NCBI GenBank assembly: GCA_004195715.1
Contig: PSPX01000006.1
Span: forward strand, 9,524 to 73,523
Origin: Methanobacteriota archaeon
Lineage (GTDB): Archaea; Thermoplasmatota; Poseidoniia; Poseidoniales; Thalassarchaeaceae
DNA length: 64,000 nucleotides
Reading direction: 5' to 3'
Shown here one piece after another: positions 49,661 to 59,855 of the stretch. A program made the translations under genes and the position numbers. Position 1 is the first letter of the stretch; every line of letters begins with the position of its first letter. The notes beneath the pieces were generated by a model, which saw nothing but the letters and a program-made list of their open reading frames with translations, was not told where the DNA came from and did not search any database.

Positions 49661-50677
49661 GTGGAGCTGTACGAAGGCGGATGGATGTATGACGGGCAGG
49701 CCTGTGATAGGCTTTGGAACAAATCCGCCATAGGTAGGCCAATGGAAGGGAGGAGACTTCTGCTTACTCCAGCAGAGGTGATTTTTTGCCATGATCATAG
49801 GCACGTAGACTGGCCGACTACAAATTGGTTGCAAGAAGCAGTTGGGGATTCGCCAAGGTTGCTTGATGAGGCTGTAGTGGTGGAATCTCTCAGAGTCCCT
49901 GGAAACAAGTTGGTCATCCATCAAAACTTCGATGCCCTTGAGTTAGCCTATGCCGACTCGACTTGGGGGCTCAGATGGACATCCGAGGGACATCCTAGGT
50001 CGGGAGACCCTGTTTCCGAGGTCAGATGGTTTCACGCCAGTGAACATCTCGATGTCGACGACCTATACGCTTGGTCGGAACGGGTTTCAAGCAAGGGTAG
50101 GATTCCTGAGATTCTTGTGGTCGATGACGAGCATGCAGTGGTTACCTACCGTGTAGCGAGAGCCGAGCCTGAAGGAATGATGGGGGGATTCACAGAAACA
50201 GACTTAGAGCATATCGCTGGACTCAGTGGTTCACCCTTGGACAACGGAGGGAGATTCATAGTAGATTCTGATAATTGGCCTGAAGAGAGGATTGGCGTGC
50301 CACACCCAGGAGGGAGAGTGTTAGACGCCAGTACGAACCAGATGATTGGTTCGCACAATGATGCTGGACGGGACGCAGTAGGAGCGGATATTCTGCGTGA
50401 CTTGCTTCGCAGAGGCCTGCATCCTCGTCCGGGCTTCAAGTATGGAACCAGATGGAGGTGCTATGACAGGACTCTTGGAGAAAGTCACGCTCCGTGGCTG
50501 GTTATACATCCTGCTGAAGCACCCCATGACTGGAGAGGGGCTTGCCTTGCCTCGAGATTAGCATCCGGAGTTGGCAAGACTTGGTTGCACCCGCTCCAAA
50601 TCGATGGAGTGTGGAGTTACCTATCGATAACAAGACCGCCGGCAGACTCACGGTGGAACAACCCGAATCGGAGATGA
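49661..50677 (+). CDS. endA: tRNA-intron endonuclease (two-repeat homodimer type)
   Basis: VVDDE..VVTY in repeat 1; RDL..RG...RPGFKYGTRWRCY, H and K catalytic residues in repeat 2. Confidence 0.85.
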   Translation: MELYEGGWMYDGQACDRLWNKSAIGRPMEGRRLLLTPAEVIFCHDHRHVDWPTTNWLQEAVGDSPRLLDEAVVVESLRVPGNKLVIHQNFDALELAYADSTWGLRWTSEGHPRSGDPVSEVRWFHASEHLDVDDLYAWSERVSSKGRIPEILVVDDEHAVVTYRVARAEPEGMMGGFTETDLEHIAGLSGSPLDNGGRFIVDSDNWPEERIGVPHPGGRVLDASTNQMIGSHNDAGRDAVGADILRDLLRRGLHPRPGFKYGTRWRCYDRTLGESHAPWLVIHPAEAPHDWRGACLASRLASGVGKTWLHPLQIDGVWSYLSITRPPADSRWNNPNRR

Positions 50678-52621
50678 TTAGTCAGATTCTGGGGGTAGTT
50701 GCAGTTGACTTCGTCCGCCAGAGACTATTGATATCGCCAGCAGCACGCAAATCACTAGCAGTCCGTTAGATGGTTCTGCCAACCAAGCGACCCAACCGTC
50801 ACCTGTGAATGGGGATTCGGCCTCTAGTAGCAATGGTATTCGCAACTCAGAGCCGTGACTGTCCGACAACACCAGATTACCCCTTGCTATCATGCCAGGC
50901 TCCATCAGCCCATCTGGCTCTATATCCAGTATGATGGAGTCGCCGGGAAAAAGAGAAATCGGAGTTGAAGTGGTAGCGATCCTAGCAGCCGCACCCTCGA
51001 CTGCGATGGAATACGTTCGCTCTTCCTCACCCTCGTACTCTAGCATGAGTTCTACTGAAGAGGAAGATTCCCATGCTACGACGACGTACAATTCCTCAAT
51101 GGACAATCTGTGACCTATGAGGAACCAATCCAGATCAATATTCGTCTTGACCTCGCCCTCACACCCAATGGTTCCACGCACACTTCCTGAATCACTGGTG
51201 CTGCTCGGATTGCCGAGTATTTCTATGTCGTACGTTCCGACTGGAATATCGATATACTCCTGTGTCGTTGAAAGAGATACTTCCAAGGTGCAAGCCTGTG
51301 AAGCGGTGATTCTTGCGTAAGTCAATTCGCCTGAAATGAACTGAATAGGGCCTCTCGGAGTCAGCACTTCCACTGATGATTCACCCTTGGGCTCTATCTC
51401 TACAGTTGCGGACTCTGAAGATATTGTAACCACTGTAGCAGACCACGTGACGAGCCTACCCCGATTATCTCGTATCATCATCCCATCAGCACCGAATTCG
51501 TCTCCCACCGAAAAGGCGTCTCCGACAGACCCCGAGTCCCTCGACCTCTGCAGGGCGTCATCGCCGTCCGCTTCGATAATCTTGACCCAGGCATTTTCAG
51601 GATCTGTGTTGACAAGGTTATCGGGCGCATTACCATTGTTGTCATCCGAATGCTCGACGATGATGCCATGACCAGGTAGTGCCGAGTCGAATCCGGAATC
51701 AGCCCTTAGGGTGATCCATATGGTTTCTCCTGGTGCTATTTCGATGGCCAAACCGATACCGCCATCTGATATCGGACCCAACACGAAACTTCCTCCAATG
51801 TCACCATCCACTAGAGTGGATCGTTTGGCTCCGATTAAATCGAGTGTCGCAGCTCCCGGCATCGATGGCACGGCTCCATTGCCGTTCCAGTTCCCACTTG
51901 CCATGATGTCCCAGTCGCCCAAGCCATTCCAACTTGAAGAAGGGAGGTCGCTGTGCACGTCGTAGAGGTCGTGTGCACCCATCTGATGGAGCATTTCGTG
52001 GACCACGGTCCCTATTCCCGAATCCAGAGAGGCAATGGTATAGTGACTCACGGACCAGTCTCCAATCTCAAAGGGCTCGTCAAGCCAAGACATGTGACTC
52101 CAAATCGCATTGGCCCCACTTCCTGACTCCTGGGCTCCACCAGAATGGAGAATAAGCAACCGGTCTACTGTCCCATCGTTATCGAAGTCCCACCTCGACA
52201 GGTCTATCCCAACAAGTAGAGCCTCTACAGATTCCTCGATTAGAGATGTGACTCCTATGTCTCGCTCATCGGTAGAATCTGCACCCCAGTGCCCCTCTGG
52301 ATGAGGGGATGTCCATATCTCAGAGACCTCGGTGATTATGAGGGAAGAATCGGAACCACTCATTTGTTCGATGTAACTTGCTGCAGAGCCGGCCCCTCTC
52401 AGCATTGAATCGGCCTTGCTCTGGGAGAACGGCTTCCCGGGGAATTGAACTCTTACAATCAACCATTCCTCCTCTTCCTGCAGACCTACCAGAGAAACGG
52501 GTTCGTCGCTCTGAACAGCTATTCCATCATCCACCCACCCATCAATGACATCAGAGTTGAGATTAGCCCAAACACCCATCAGAAGTATTGCCGCAGCAAG
52601 CACTACCCGGGCGGCGTTCAT
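50678..52621 (-). CDS. M6 (immune inhibitor A-like) metalloprotease, membrane anchored
   Basis: D.DNDGTVD, IWSH, HEMLHQMGAHDLYD, WDIMASGNWNG; N-terminal signal and C-terminal TM. Confidence 0.88.
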   Translation of the reverse strand: MNAARVVLAAAILLMGVWANLNSDVIDGWVDDGIAVQSDEPVSLVGLQEEEEWLIVRVQFPGKPFSQSKADSMLRGAGSAASYIEQMSGSDSSLIITEVSEIWTSPHPEGHWGADSTDERDIGVTSLIEESVEALLVGIDLSRWDFDNDGTVDRLLILHSGGAQESGSGANAIWSHMSWLDEPFEIGDWSVSHYTIASLDSGIGTVVHEMLHQMGAHDLYDVHSDLPSSSWNGLGDWDIMASGNWNGNGAVPSMPGAATLDLIGAKRSTLVDGDIGGSFVLGPISDGGIGLAIEIAPGETIWITLRADSGFDSALPGHGIIVEHSDDNNGNAPDNLVNTDPENAWVKIIEADGDDALQRSRDSGSVGDAFSVGDEFGADGMMIRDNRGRLVTWSATVVTISSESATVEIEPKGESSVEVLTPRGPIQFISGELTYARITASQACTLEVSLSTTQEYIDIPVGTYDIEILGNPSSTSDSGSVRGTIGCEGEVKTNIDLDWFLIGHRLSIEELYVVVAWESSSSVELMLEYEGEEERTYSIAVEGAAARIATTSTPISLFPGDSIILDIEPDGLMEPGMIARGNLVLSDSHGSELRIPLLLEAESPFTGDGWVAWLAEPSNGLLVICVLLAISIVSGGRSQLQLPPESD

Positions 52622-52646
52622 GGACTTACGTCCATGAGTCCCTCTT

Positions 52647-53771
52647 TCAATCCAATGCAGAACCGGTCGTCTGCGAAGTCGAATCGGTGATGGATGCTGT
52701 TCTCCAAGACTTATCTGATGATTTAGGGTTGTCGAGCCAACCCAAACCGCTGTACTCGCAGCCGAGGGAGTCGAGGGTAGCCTTCAGATGTCCTGGTAAC
52801 GGAGCGGAATCACAACCGCCAATTATGAGTTTAGTGATTCCCCTGTGCAACACCAATTCAGTTACGGCAGCCTGTTCGGAGATATCTAGGCAAAGCGCAG
52901 TGCACCTCGGAGAGGCAATGCCAGAAGGAACAACGGCTGAAGGGAATCGTGGACATGCGCCCTCGCAACTGCAGTCTAGAAGGGCTAATCTGGTCACAGA
53001 CCCGTTCTCGGAAACGAAGTCTGCTGGCTCGAAGGATCTTCTACCTAGAGTGGCATGAGGCAGGGTGCTGGACAACATATCGGCGGCCAGCATTGCTGCC
53101 ACGGCTATCAACAGCCTCAGTCCCTCATATTCCGAAGGCAGTGTGAGGACGAGCAAACCCCCAAAAATCAACAGTAATCTTATCCTGAATCTGGTCTCTC
53201 CGCGTTCAACCAAACCGAGCAGTCGGGCCATCGACAGTGTGACTGTGGCGAGCATTGCGCAGATCATGACCCAAGAGAGGCCTATTGTGAGTCTGAAAAG
53301 CGCGCTCGCGTCGTACCTACTACCCACTCCCTCAAGGTGGTCCACAGACTGTGAGGTCTCTATCAGCAACGGTAGAAAGTAGACCCAACAGATGATGATT
53401 ATCATAGGGATGAGGATAGTGCTGATGCCTAGAATAAGAGTGAGCCACGATCGTTCTCTAGGCAATAGGCCCGGGCTAGCGAATCTCTGGAGTCTAATTG
53501 ATGCGAACGGCATGATTGTCAATATAGACAGCAGTATCGCCATCGACCACCTGATTTCCAACCAATCGAACGGAGAGTACACAGAGAGATTCATCGATGC
53601 AGCACCCAAGGGCAATGAATCCAACCAGAGACGCATCAGAGAGTCTGATCCGTAGGCCCAAACAATCGTTGCTAGAACCAGAAGGGTAGTTGATGCCCTG
53701 ATTATCCCATACAACTCCGAGAAGTGCTCCAATACTGGCCTAGGTCGGTCGGAAGACAGTTCCATCGACAT
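52647..53771 (-). CDS. TatC-like membrane protein with a C-terminal Cys-rich domain
   Basis: LEHFSEL, SPFDW, FASPGLLPRER and about 6 TM segments; tail CSC..C..C..LC..GGC. Confidence 0.72.
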   Translation of the reverse strand: MSMELSSDRPRPVLEHFSELYGIIRASTTLLVLATIVWAYGSDSLMRLWLDSLPLGAASMNLSVYSPFDWLEIRWSMAILLSILTIMPFASIRLQRFASPGLLPRERSWLTLILGISTILIPMIIIICWVYFLPLLIETSQSVDHLEGVGSRYDASALFRLTIGLSWVMICAMLATVTLSMARLLGLVERGETRFRIRLLLIFGGLLVLTLPSEYEGLRLLIAVAAMLAADMLSSTLPHATLGRRSFEPADFVSENGSVTRLALLDCSCEGACPRFPSAVVPSGIASPRCTALCLDISEQAAVTELVLHRGITKLIIGGCDSAPLPGHLKATLDSLGCEYSGLGWLDNPKSSDKSWRTASITDSTSQTTGSALD

Positions 53772-53773
53772 AC

Positions 53774-54826
53774 TCAGAGGATGTCCTTAACCTGCGGCTC
53801 GGACCTCGCGGCCAGAATAGTTCTGTACACGCCATAAGCGGCCCAAGCACTGAGGAAGAAAGCGCATCCGATAGCGAATACTGTCAGGTCGACCGCCCTA
53901 GTTCCCTCTTCAACGATGCTAGATGGTGGGAATGAAATTGAAGTGTCAGATGCCATCCAACGAACTCCGATGACGAAGGATGCGATGCTGAGGGCGGTCC
54001 TCCTGATCGCTTGCGGGTAAGCCAGTTCAGAAGCTAGGAACTCTGGACTCTCATCGTAACGACGCTCGAGCACTTCTCTTTGTACCACAGCACCGACTAT
54101 CAGAGCGGTCAGACTGGTCCAATATAGCAGGTTACCCTGCTCGTACACCCTTTGAGAGAGTGCATCTTGCCTCTCTGCCTCCTTCTCAGCTTCATTCTCC
54201 TCAATCACGAACAGTGTGTCGTAGTCCCCGACAGATATGGTTCTGGTCTCAAGAGTCGTTGTATCTTCACCCGAGGAAATAGTCCCAGGAGGGTTTATTG
54301 TGAAAGCCAGTAGGTTCCAGTAATCCATCTCATCCGGTACTCCTCCGCCATCAACAGAGTTACCTGCCAACCAGAAGTAAACTGATCCGATGTCTTCTGA
54401 GGGAGAAGTCCAACTGACTTCCCAAGTGCCATCTGGGTCTGGTTCAGAATGCGAAATATCGTTTTCGGCGCCATCGGCTTGTCGAATCTCCTGTTCTTCT
54501 GACCATGAAAAGACCCCCACTCCTTCGGAGGAGAGTAAAAAGCCGGCCTTAGTATTGCCATCTCCTCCAGAAAGAGTCAGTGGGTCTGCAACCCTGATTG
54601 TGAACTGATATGTTACATCGGTATCGTACATTACTGGGACCCCCGTAATCATGACAATTACCCTGTCAGAAGGGGCTCCGTTGTTATGGCAGGTGCAACC
54701 GTACTTCACAGTGAGATCATCATTACTGTTCAAAACACTCGGACCGCCACTCATGCCGAAGACGGGTATGGCCAGCAAACCAACTAGTATGAGGCACAGG
54801 GATACCCTAGTCGCCGCTCCTCGCAT
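53774..54826 (-). CDS. Secreted Reeler/choice-of-anchor-V-like protein with CxCH and C-terminal TM helices
   Basis: Signal peptide, GCTCH, AGF, WTSP, FWLAGNSVDG, about 3 C-terminal TMs. Confidence 0.65.
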   Translation of the reverse strand: MRGAATRVSLCLILVGLLAIPVFGMSGGPSVLNSNDDLTVKYGCTCHNNGAPSDRVIVMITGVPVMYDTDVTYQFTIRVADPLTLSGGDGNTKAGFLLSSEGVGVFSWSEEQEIRQADGAENDISHSEPDPDGTWEVSWTSPSEDIGSVYFWLAGNSVDGGGVPDEMDYWNLLAFTINPPGTISSGEDTTTLETRTISVGDYDTLFVIEENEAEKEAERQDALSQRVYEQGNLLYWTSLTALIVGAVVQREVLERRYDESPEFLASELAYPQAIRRTALSIASFVIGVRWMASDTSISFPPSSIVEEGTRAVDLTVFAIGCAFFLSAWAAYGVYRTILAARSEPQVKDIL

Positions 54827-54878
54827 GGCCGCACCTGAAGTGCCCTCGTCAGTGGGAGTCTCATAACCGTTGCTCGGT

Positions 54879-54897
54879 CGCATCCCCTTGGGATGCG
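54879..54897 (-). terminator. Hairpin downstream of pntB
   Basis: CGCATCCC-CTT-GGGATGCG, a perfect 8-bp stem, 6 nt after the pntB stop. Confidence 0.4.
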
Positions 54898-54903
54898 TAC
54901 GTC

Positions 54904-56331
54904 TTAGAGATCTTTGAGAGCGGAATTCAACTCGTTCATCATCTTCTTCCCATCGCCGAACAGCATCATCGTCTTGTCCATGTAGAACAAGTCGTTGTCG
55001 ACACCTGCATAGCCCACGGACAGGCTGCGCTTGATCATTACAACTACTCTCGCTTTGTCGACATTCAAGATTGGCATGCCAGCCAGAGGGCCCTCACCAG
55101 TTCGAGCGACGGGATTGGTGGTGTCGTTCGCTCCGATTACTAGGGCAACGTCGCACTCAGAGAATTCAGAATTGATGTCATCTATCTCTATCAACTGCTC
55201 GTACGGAACATTGGCCTCGGCCAACAGGACGTTCATGTGCCCCGGCATCCTTCCAGCTACAGGGTGGATGGCGTAGGAGATTTCGCATCCCTCGGCCTCC
55301 ATCATGTCAGCGAACTCCTTGACGGCATGCTGACTGTGACTGACAGCCATCCCATATCCAGGGACGACAATGACCTTCTGGGCACCATCGAGAACCATCG
55401 CAACCTCTTCGGGATCGCTGCCCACTTTGGTACGAGTCAACTGGTCCTTCTCTCCAGAACCTCCGAATGATTTGAAGAGAACGTCTGGCAACGTCCTGTT
55501 CATTGCCTTGCACATGATGAAAGTGAGAATCAGGCCGGCGGCCCCTACCATCGAGCCAGCGATAATGAGCACGTTGTTTCCGATGACGAATCCGGTGAAG
55601 GCGGCGGCAATACCCGAGAGGGAGTTGAGGAGGCTGACGACTACAGGCATATCAGCACCGCCAATCGGCATAACGAACAGTATTCCCAGCAAGCTGGATA
55701 ACCCAACAATACCCCAGATGTAGTCCTGGTTAGTCGGGTCACCAATAGTCAACCAGACGAGGTATAGGGAGCCTGAAAATAGTAGGATTTTTACCACATT
55801 TAGCCACGGTGGGCCCCAGGTTGGAAACCTGACCCACTTCTTACTGAGGGGAATTACAAATCCTCCCTTGAGCTTCATCATTGCTACTAGAGATCCCGTT
55901 AGAGTCATCCATCCGACCAGTCCGGACAGACCGATGGCCACCCATACCGCGTAGAGTTCGACTCCGGCGTCGGGAACATTACCCTCCTGTAATCTGCCTA
56001 GGACCTCTGAGAGTGCGACCAGTGCGGATGCGCCGCCGCCGAAACCGTTGAACAGCGCCACCAACTCTGGCATACCGGTCATTTCGACTTTTGTAGCCAT
56101 TAGAACGCCAATCAGAATGCCAATGGCTAGACCCCCTACTATCAGTTCCCAGCCAACCATTCCCTCAGAGTACATCCGGGCCAATGTCACAAGCACGGCG
56201 AGGAACATTCCCATAGCCCCCATTCTGTTACCCTGGGGGGCGGTTCGCGGGCTGGAGAGTTGCTTGATTCCTAGAATAAAGAGTGCTGCTGCCACGAGAT
56301 AGCCGATATCCCATACGGCGACGTTGACCAA
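54904..56331 (-). CDS. pntB: NAD(P) transhydrogenase subunit beta
   Basis: MPELVALFNG, IGGADMPVVVSLLNS, PGYGMAV, HPVAGRMPGHMNVLLAEA. Confidence 0.96.
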   Translation of the reverse strand: MVNVAVWDIGYLVAAALFILGIKQLSSPRTAPQGNRMGAMGMFLAVLVTLARMYSEGMVGWELIVGGLAIGILIGVLMATKVEMTGMPELVALFNGFGGGASALVALSEVLGRLQEGNVPDAGVELYAVWVAIGLSGLVGWMTLTGSLVAMMKLKGGFVIPLSKKWVRFPTWGPPWLNVVKILLFSGSLYLVWLTIGDPTNQDYIWGIVGLSSLLGILFVMPIGGADMPVVVSLLNSLSGIAAAFTGFVIGNNVLIIAGSMVGAAGLILTFIMCKAMNRTLPDVLFKSFGGSGEKDQLTRTKVGSDPEEVAMVLDGAQKVIVVPGYGMAVSHSQHAVKEFADMMEAEGCEISYAIHPVAGRMPGHMNVLLAEANVPYEQLIEIDDINSEFSECDVALVIGANDTTNPVARTGEGPLAGMPILNVDKARVVVMIKRSLSVGYAGVDNDLFYMDKTMMLFGDGKKMMNELNSALKDL

Positions 56332-56652
56332 TCACTTGCCCCCCTTTCGTCTCTTGCCGGCAATCATTTCCAGCATCTTGTTAGTGACCATAAAGCCACC
56401 AACCACGTTAATGGACGCCATAATCAAGGCGGCAAAGGCGAGCCAGGCAGCAGTACCTGGATCTCCTTCGTTGAATGCAGTGTTCGAGAGTATCAATGCG
56501 CCGACTATGGTTATCCCCGAGATTGCGTTAGCGCCGGACATCAATGGAGTGTGAAGAGTGGACGGGACCTTGCTTATCAGCTCGAACCCGAGGAAAATGG
56601 CAAGCACGAATACGGTTATGCTACCGATTAGTGCTGCAACGGTGAGGCTCAG
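56332..56652 (-). CDS. pntA: NAD(P) transhydrogenase subunit alpha, part 2 (membrane); probable CTG start
   Basis: LHTPLMSGANAISG, NVVGGF.VT. The frame extends to CTG 56652, overlapping the upstream stop. Confidence 0.93.
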   Translation of the reverse strand: MSLTVAALIGSITVFVLAIFLGFELISKVPSTLHTPLMSGANAISGITIVGALILSNTAFNEGDPGTAAWLAFAALIMASINVVGGFMVTNKMLEMIAGKRRKGGK

Positions 56653-57809
56653 TTTACCACCTCCGCGAGTCGAGATTGTTTTTCGTGAATCTGGCCGCCT
56701 GAGCAGACCAACACCCCTCCCATCCCAGTGACATGGAAGTCCGAATCTTCTGGGGCTCCGACTAGAACATCGTCATCCATACTGAGTACGAGTTCGCCGT
56801 CCTTGATCAGAGATAATACGAAATTGGTCAGATTATTTGAGTACAGCATGCTGGCAGTGGAGGCTATGGTGCCGGGCAAGTTCTCTATGCCGACAATTGT
56901 GACTCCATGCTCGACGACGACTTTGCCCGGCTGAGTGAGTTCACAGTTGCCTCCGACGTCGGCGTTCATATCCACAATGACTGCACCGTCCTTGAACGAG
57001 GCCACGGCGTCTTTTGGAACCGTAATTGGAGCGGGTCGGCCAAAGATACGCGCAGTCGTGACGATTACGTCAGCGTTCTTGGCGACTTCGCAAACAGTGT
57101 CATTGACCTTCTGGATGAACTCGGGTGTCAGCGGCTTGGCATATCCTGATTCATCCTCAAAATCGTCCATCCCTTCGACCTCGATGAAACGACCACCGAC
57201 AGACTCGATCTGCTCGGCTGCTGACTTTCTGACATCAGAGGCGTAGACGATGGCCCCGAGGCGTTTTGCTGTAGCGATGGCCTGCAAACCTGCGACACCA
57301 CTACCCATGATTACGAACTTGGCGGGCTTGACTGTTCCTGCACTAGTAGTCATCATCGGTATGACCTTTGAGATATAATCTGCCCCAATAAGCACGGCCT
57401 TGTATCCTGCTAGGTTGTCTTGACTGGAGTTCACATCCATGGACTGTGCTCGGGACAATCTGCGTGGAATCATGTCCATGCTCAACAGAGTGACTTCGTT
57501 GTCCACACACTGCCGGACCCTATCCGGATGACGGAACGGATCGGCCACGCACGCGATAATCTGGCCGCTGTTCATTTCAGAGGCGTCAGGCATGTGAATC
57601 GTCACTAGGATATCTGCTGCTACTGCCTCATCTCTCTGACCTACCTTAGCGCCTTTGGAAACATACTGTACATCTGAGTAGTTCGAACCTGCTCCGGCGC
57701 CTGATTCGACAACGACTTCGAATCCGGCCTTACTCAACTTGGGGACAGAATTGGGAACAATGGCGACTCTGTTCTCGCCTTCGGGTTCTAGCAGGACTCC
57801 GAGTCTCAA
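56649..57809 (-). CDS. pntA: NAD(P) transhydrogenase subunit alpha, part 1 (dI)
   Basis: ENRVA, RAQSMD, GSGVAGLQAI, GYAK, GGNCE. Confidence 0.95.
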   Translation of the reverse strand: MRLGVLLEPEGENRVAIVPNSVPKLSKAGFEVVVESGAGAGSNYSDVQYVSKGAKVGQRDEAVAADILVTIHMPDASEMNSGQIIACVADPFRHPDRVRQCVDNEVTLLSMDMIPRRLSRAQSMDVNSSQDNLAGYKAVLIGADYISKVIPMMTTSAGTVKPAKFVIMGSGVAGLQAIATAKRLGAIVYASDVRKSAAEQIESVGGRFIEVEGMDDFEDESGYAKPLTPEFIQKVNDTVCEVAKNADVIVTTARIFGRPAPITVPKDAVASFKDGAVIVDMNADVGGNCELTQPGKVVVEHGVTIVGIENLPGTIASTASMLYSNNLTNFVLSLIKDGELVLSMDDDVLVGAPEDSDFHVTGMGGVLVCSGGQIHEKQSRLAEVVN

Positions 57810-57995
57810 TCTGTCACTTCCGCTGTTTGAGCCGTAGGCTCAGTCTCCTCAAGGCATTCGACCTGAGGGCGCTTATTGAAACCGTCGCCGGAAGATTCAG
57901 CGACTAAAGAGGGGTTACTGGGAGTTACAAGACGGCTAATGCGAGCATCACTAATGCTAAGTCCGGGACCGCTGGCGCTCCCAGCGAGGAATGCT

Positions 57996-58934
57996 ATGTC
58001 GAGAGGCGCTAGGAAAGTCGCAGTGATTGGAGCTGGGAACGTCGGTGCGACCTGTGCCTTCGTACTAGCTCAGAAGAACATAGGAGAGATTGTGATGCTC
58101 GATATCTACGAGGGATTCGCTAAGGGGAAGGCTCTCGACATGAGTCAAGGAGGACAGGTACTCAACTACGATGGAAAGATTATCGGCACCAAAGACTACA
58201 GAGACATCGCTGGAGCCGATGTTGTTGTAGTGACCTCGGGATTCCCCCGGAAGCCTGGCATGTCTCGCGAGGATCTGGTCGGAAAGAACGCCGACATCAT
58301 CTCCGAGGTCGGAGCGGGTATTCGAGAGCATGCGCCCGACTCTGTCATTGTCATGGTTACCAATCCACTTGACCTGATGACCTACCATATGCAGAGGGTT
58401 ACTGGATTTCCTCCTGAGAGGGTTGTTGGACAGGCTGGAATACTGGATTCAGCCAGGATGACTCATTTCATCGCTGAAGAACTAGGAGTGTCTAACGAAG
58501 ATGTTCAGGCGATGGTACTCGGTGGCCACGGCGACACAATGGTGCCACTTCCCCGGTACACCACCGTTTCGGGCATCTCAATCACCCAATTGATGGATGC
58601 TGAAACCATAGATGCCATCTGCAAGCACACTGCGAGCGGCGGTGGAGAGATCGTTAAGCTGCTTGAGAAGGGCAGCGCCTTCTACGCGCCCGGCTCGGCA
58701 GCGGCGATAATGGCTGAGTCAATCCTCAATGACAGAAAGCGCAGCCTGCCGTGCAGCGCCTACTTGAACGGGCAGTACGGTCTTGATGACATCTACATCG
58801 GTGTACCCGTAGTGCTTGGCAAGAACGGTGTGGAACGGATAATCGAGCTTGAACTAGAGGAATTCGAGCTTAAAAGTCTCCATGAATCAGCCGAATTCTA
58901 CAAGAAACAACTCAGTGGAATCCTCGGATACTAG
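57996..58934 (+). CDS. mdh: Malate dehydrogenase (LDH-like)
   Basis: GAGNVG, GFPRKPGMSREDL, VTNPLD, LDSAR, GGHGD. Confidence 0.94.
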   Translation: MSRGARKVAVIGAGNVGATCAFVLAQKNIGEIVMLDIYEGFAKGKALDMSQGGQVLNYDGKIIGTKDYRDIAGADVVVVTSGFPRKPGMSREDLVGKNADIISEVGAGIREHAPDSVIVMVTNPLDLMTYHMQRVTGFPPERVVGQAGILDSARMTHFIAEELGVSNEDVQAMVLGGHGDTMVPLPRYTTVSGISITQLMDAETIDAICKHTASGGGEIVKLLEKGSAFYAPGSAAAIMAESILNDRKRSLPCSAYLNGQYGLDDIYIGVPVVLGKNGVERIIELELEEFELKSLHESAEFYKKQLSGILGY

Positions 58935-58972
58935 TCCGCTGGTTTCTTTCGTTCTGAGGGAGTGGGTCATGC

Positions 58973-59740
58973 GTGGAGAGACAGTGCGAGCACATCCACC
59001 TCGAACATGACGGCAAGCTGCTTCTCGTCGACATGGACGGGAATGGTCCCGCGATTCCGAAAAAGGGTAGAACCGAGTGGGACGGGGGTGACTTCCTGAT
59101 TAGGCTACCAACCCCTGAAGAAGCTGAGATTATGGGACTCAGGTGGAAGGAGAGGAGAATCAACAGATTTCGCCTCGGAGTGCACGACCACACGGTAATC
59201 GTCTCTACGCCCGATATCACATGGCCAGAGCACTGGGCATGGAAGGACGCTGTCATCTCTGACAGTGCCGTCGACCCGGTGGCACGCGAATCGGTCTATC
59301 GGACCCTGCACAGGGTAGTAAGTAAGGTTGTCATCACCAACACTGAGGGCAGGATACTGATGGTCAAAGTGACTAGGGGATTCTTCACTGGATGCTGGAC
59401 TCTTCCAGGTGGTTTCGTCGATTACGCAGAGCATCCTCGCAAGGGTGCCGAACGTGAGGCGCTCGAAGAGTTAGGAATCAACATCTCGATAGCCGATCCT
59501 AAGGGAGAATCAGGAGATCCCCTAGCGGGTGATGATGGGGCGCTCATCCAAGAGGCCATATTCCAGCAGGATGGGATCAACTGGATATCGTTCACTTACA
59601 AATGTCATGCAGATATTCCAGCGGAGGACATTGTGCCCAAGGATGATGAGATAGAGGAAGCCCGGTGGTTCACACGCAAGGAAGCTCTCGATAATGCAGT
59701 TTCACTCTTCGATATAGAAGCTATACAGCGAATCGAATAG
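58973..59740 (+). CDS. NUDIX hydrolase with an N-terminal extension
   Basis: Nudix box GGFVDYAEHPRKGAEREALEELGI. Confidence 0.85.
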   Translation: MERQCEHIHLEHDGKLLLVDMDGNGPAIPKKGRTEWDGGDFLIRLPTPEEAEIMGLRWKERRINRFRLGVHDHTVIVSTPDITWPEHWAWKDAVISDSAVDPVARESVYRTLHRVVSKVVITNTEGRILMVKVTRGFFTGCWTLPGGFVDYAEHPRKGAEREALEELGINISIADPKGESGDPLAGDDGALIQEAIFQQDGINWISFTYKCHADIPAEDIVPKDDEIEEARWFTRKEALDNAVSLFDIEAIQRIE

Positions 59741-59818
59741 TGGTGGGCCCGCCAGGATTTGAACCTGGGTCAAATCGTCCCAAACGATCTAGCATAGGCC
59801 AGACTAACCCACGGGCCC
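59741..59818 (-). tRNA. tRNA-Pro(TGG), CCA encoded
   Basis: Reverse complement GGGCCCGTGGGTTAGTCTGGCCTATGCTAGATCGTTTGGGACGATTTGACCCAGGTTCAAATCCTGGCGGGCCCACCA; anticodon TGG. Confidence 0.95.
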
Positions 59819-59855
59819 GCAGTCCTACCCACAGGAATGAGCGGCATGAAGGTTA

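Noticed and set aside
8333..59818. tRNA-anchored genomic island or provirus
   Set aside because: No integrase, no duplicated tRNA 3' end seen, and the content is housekeeping throughout.
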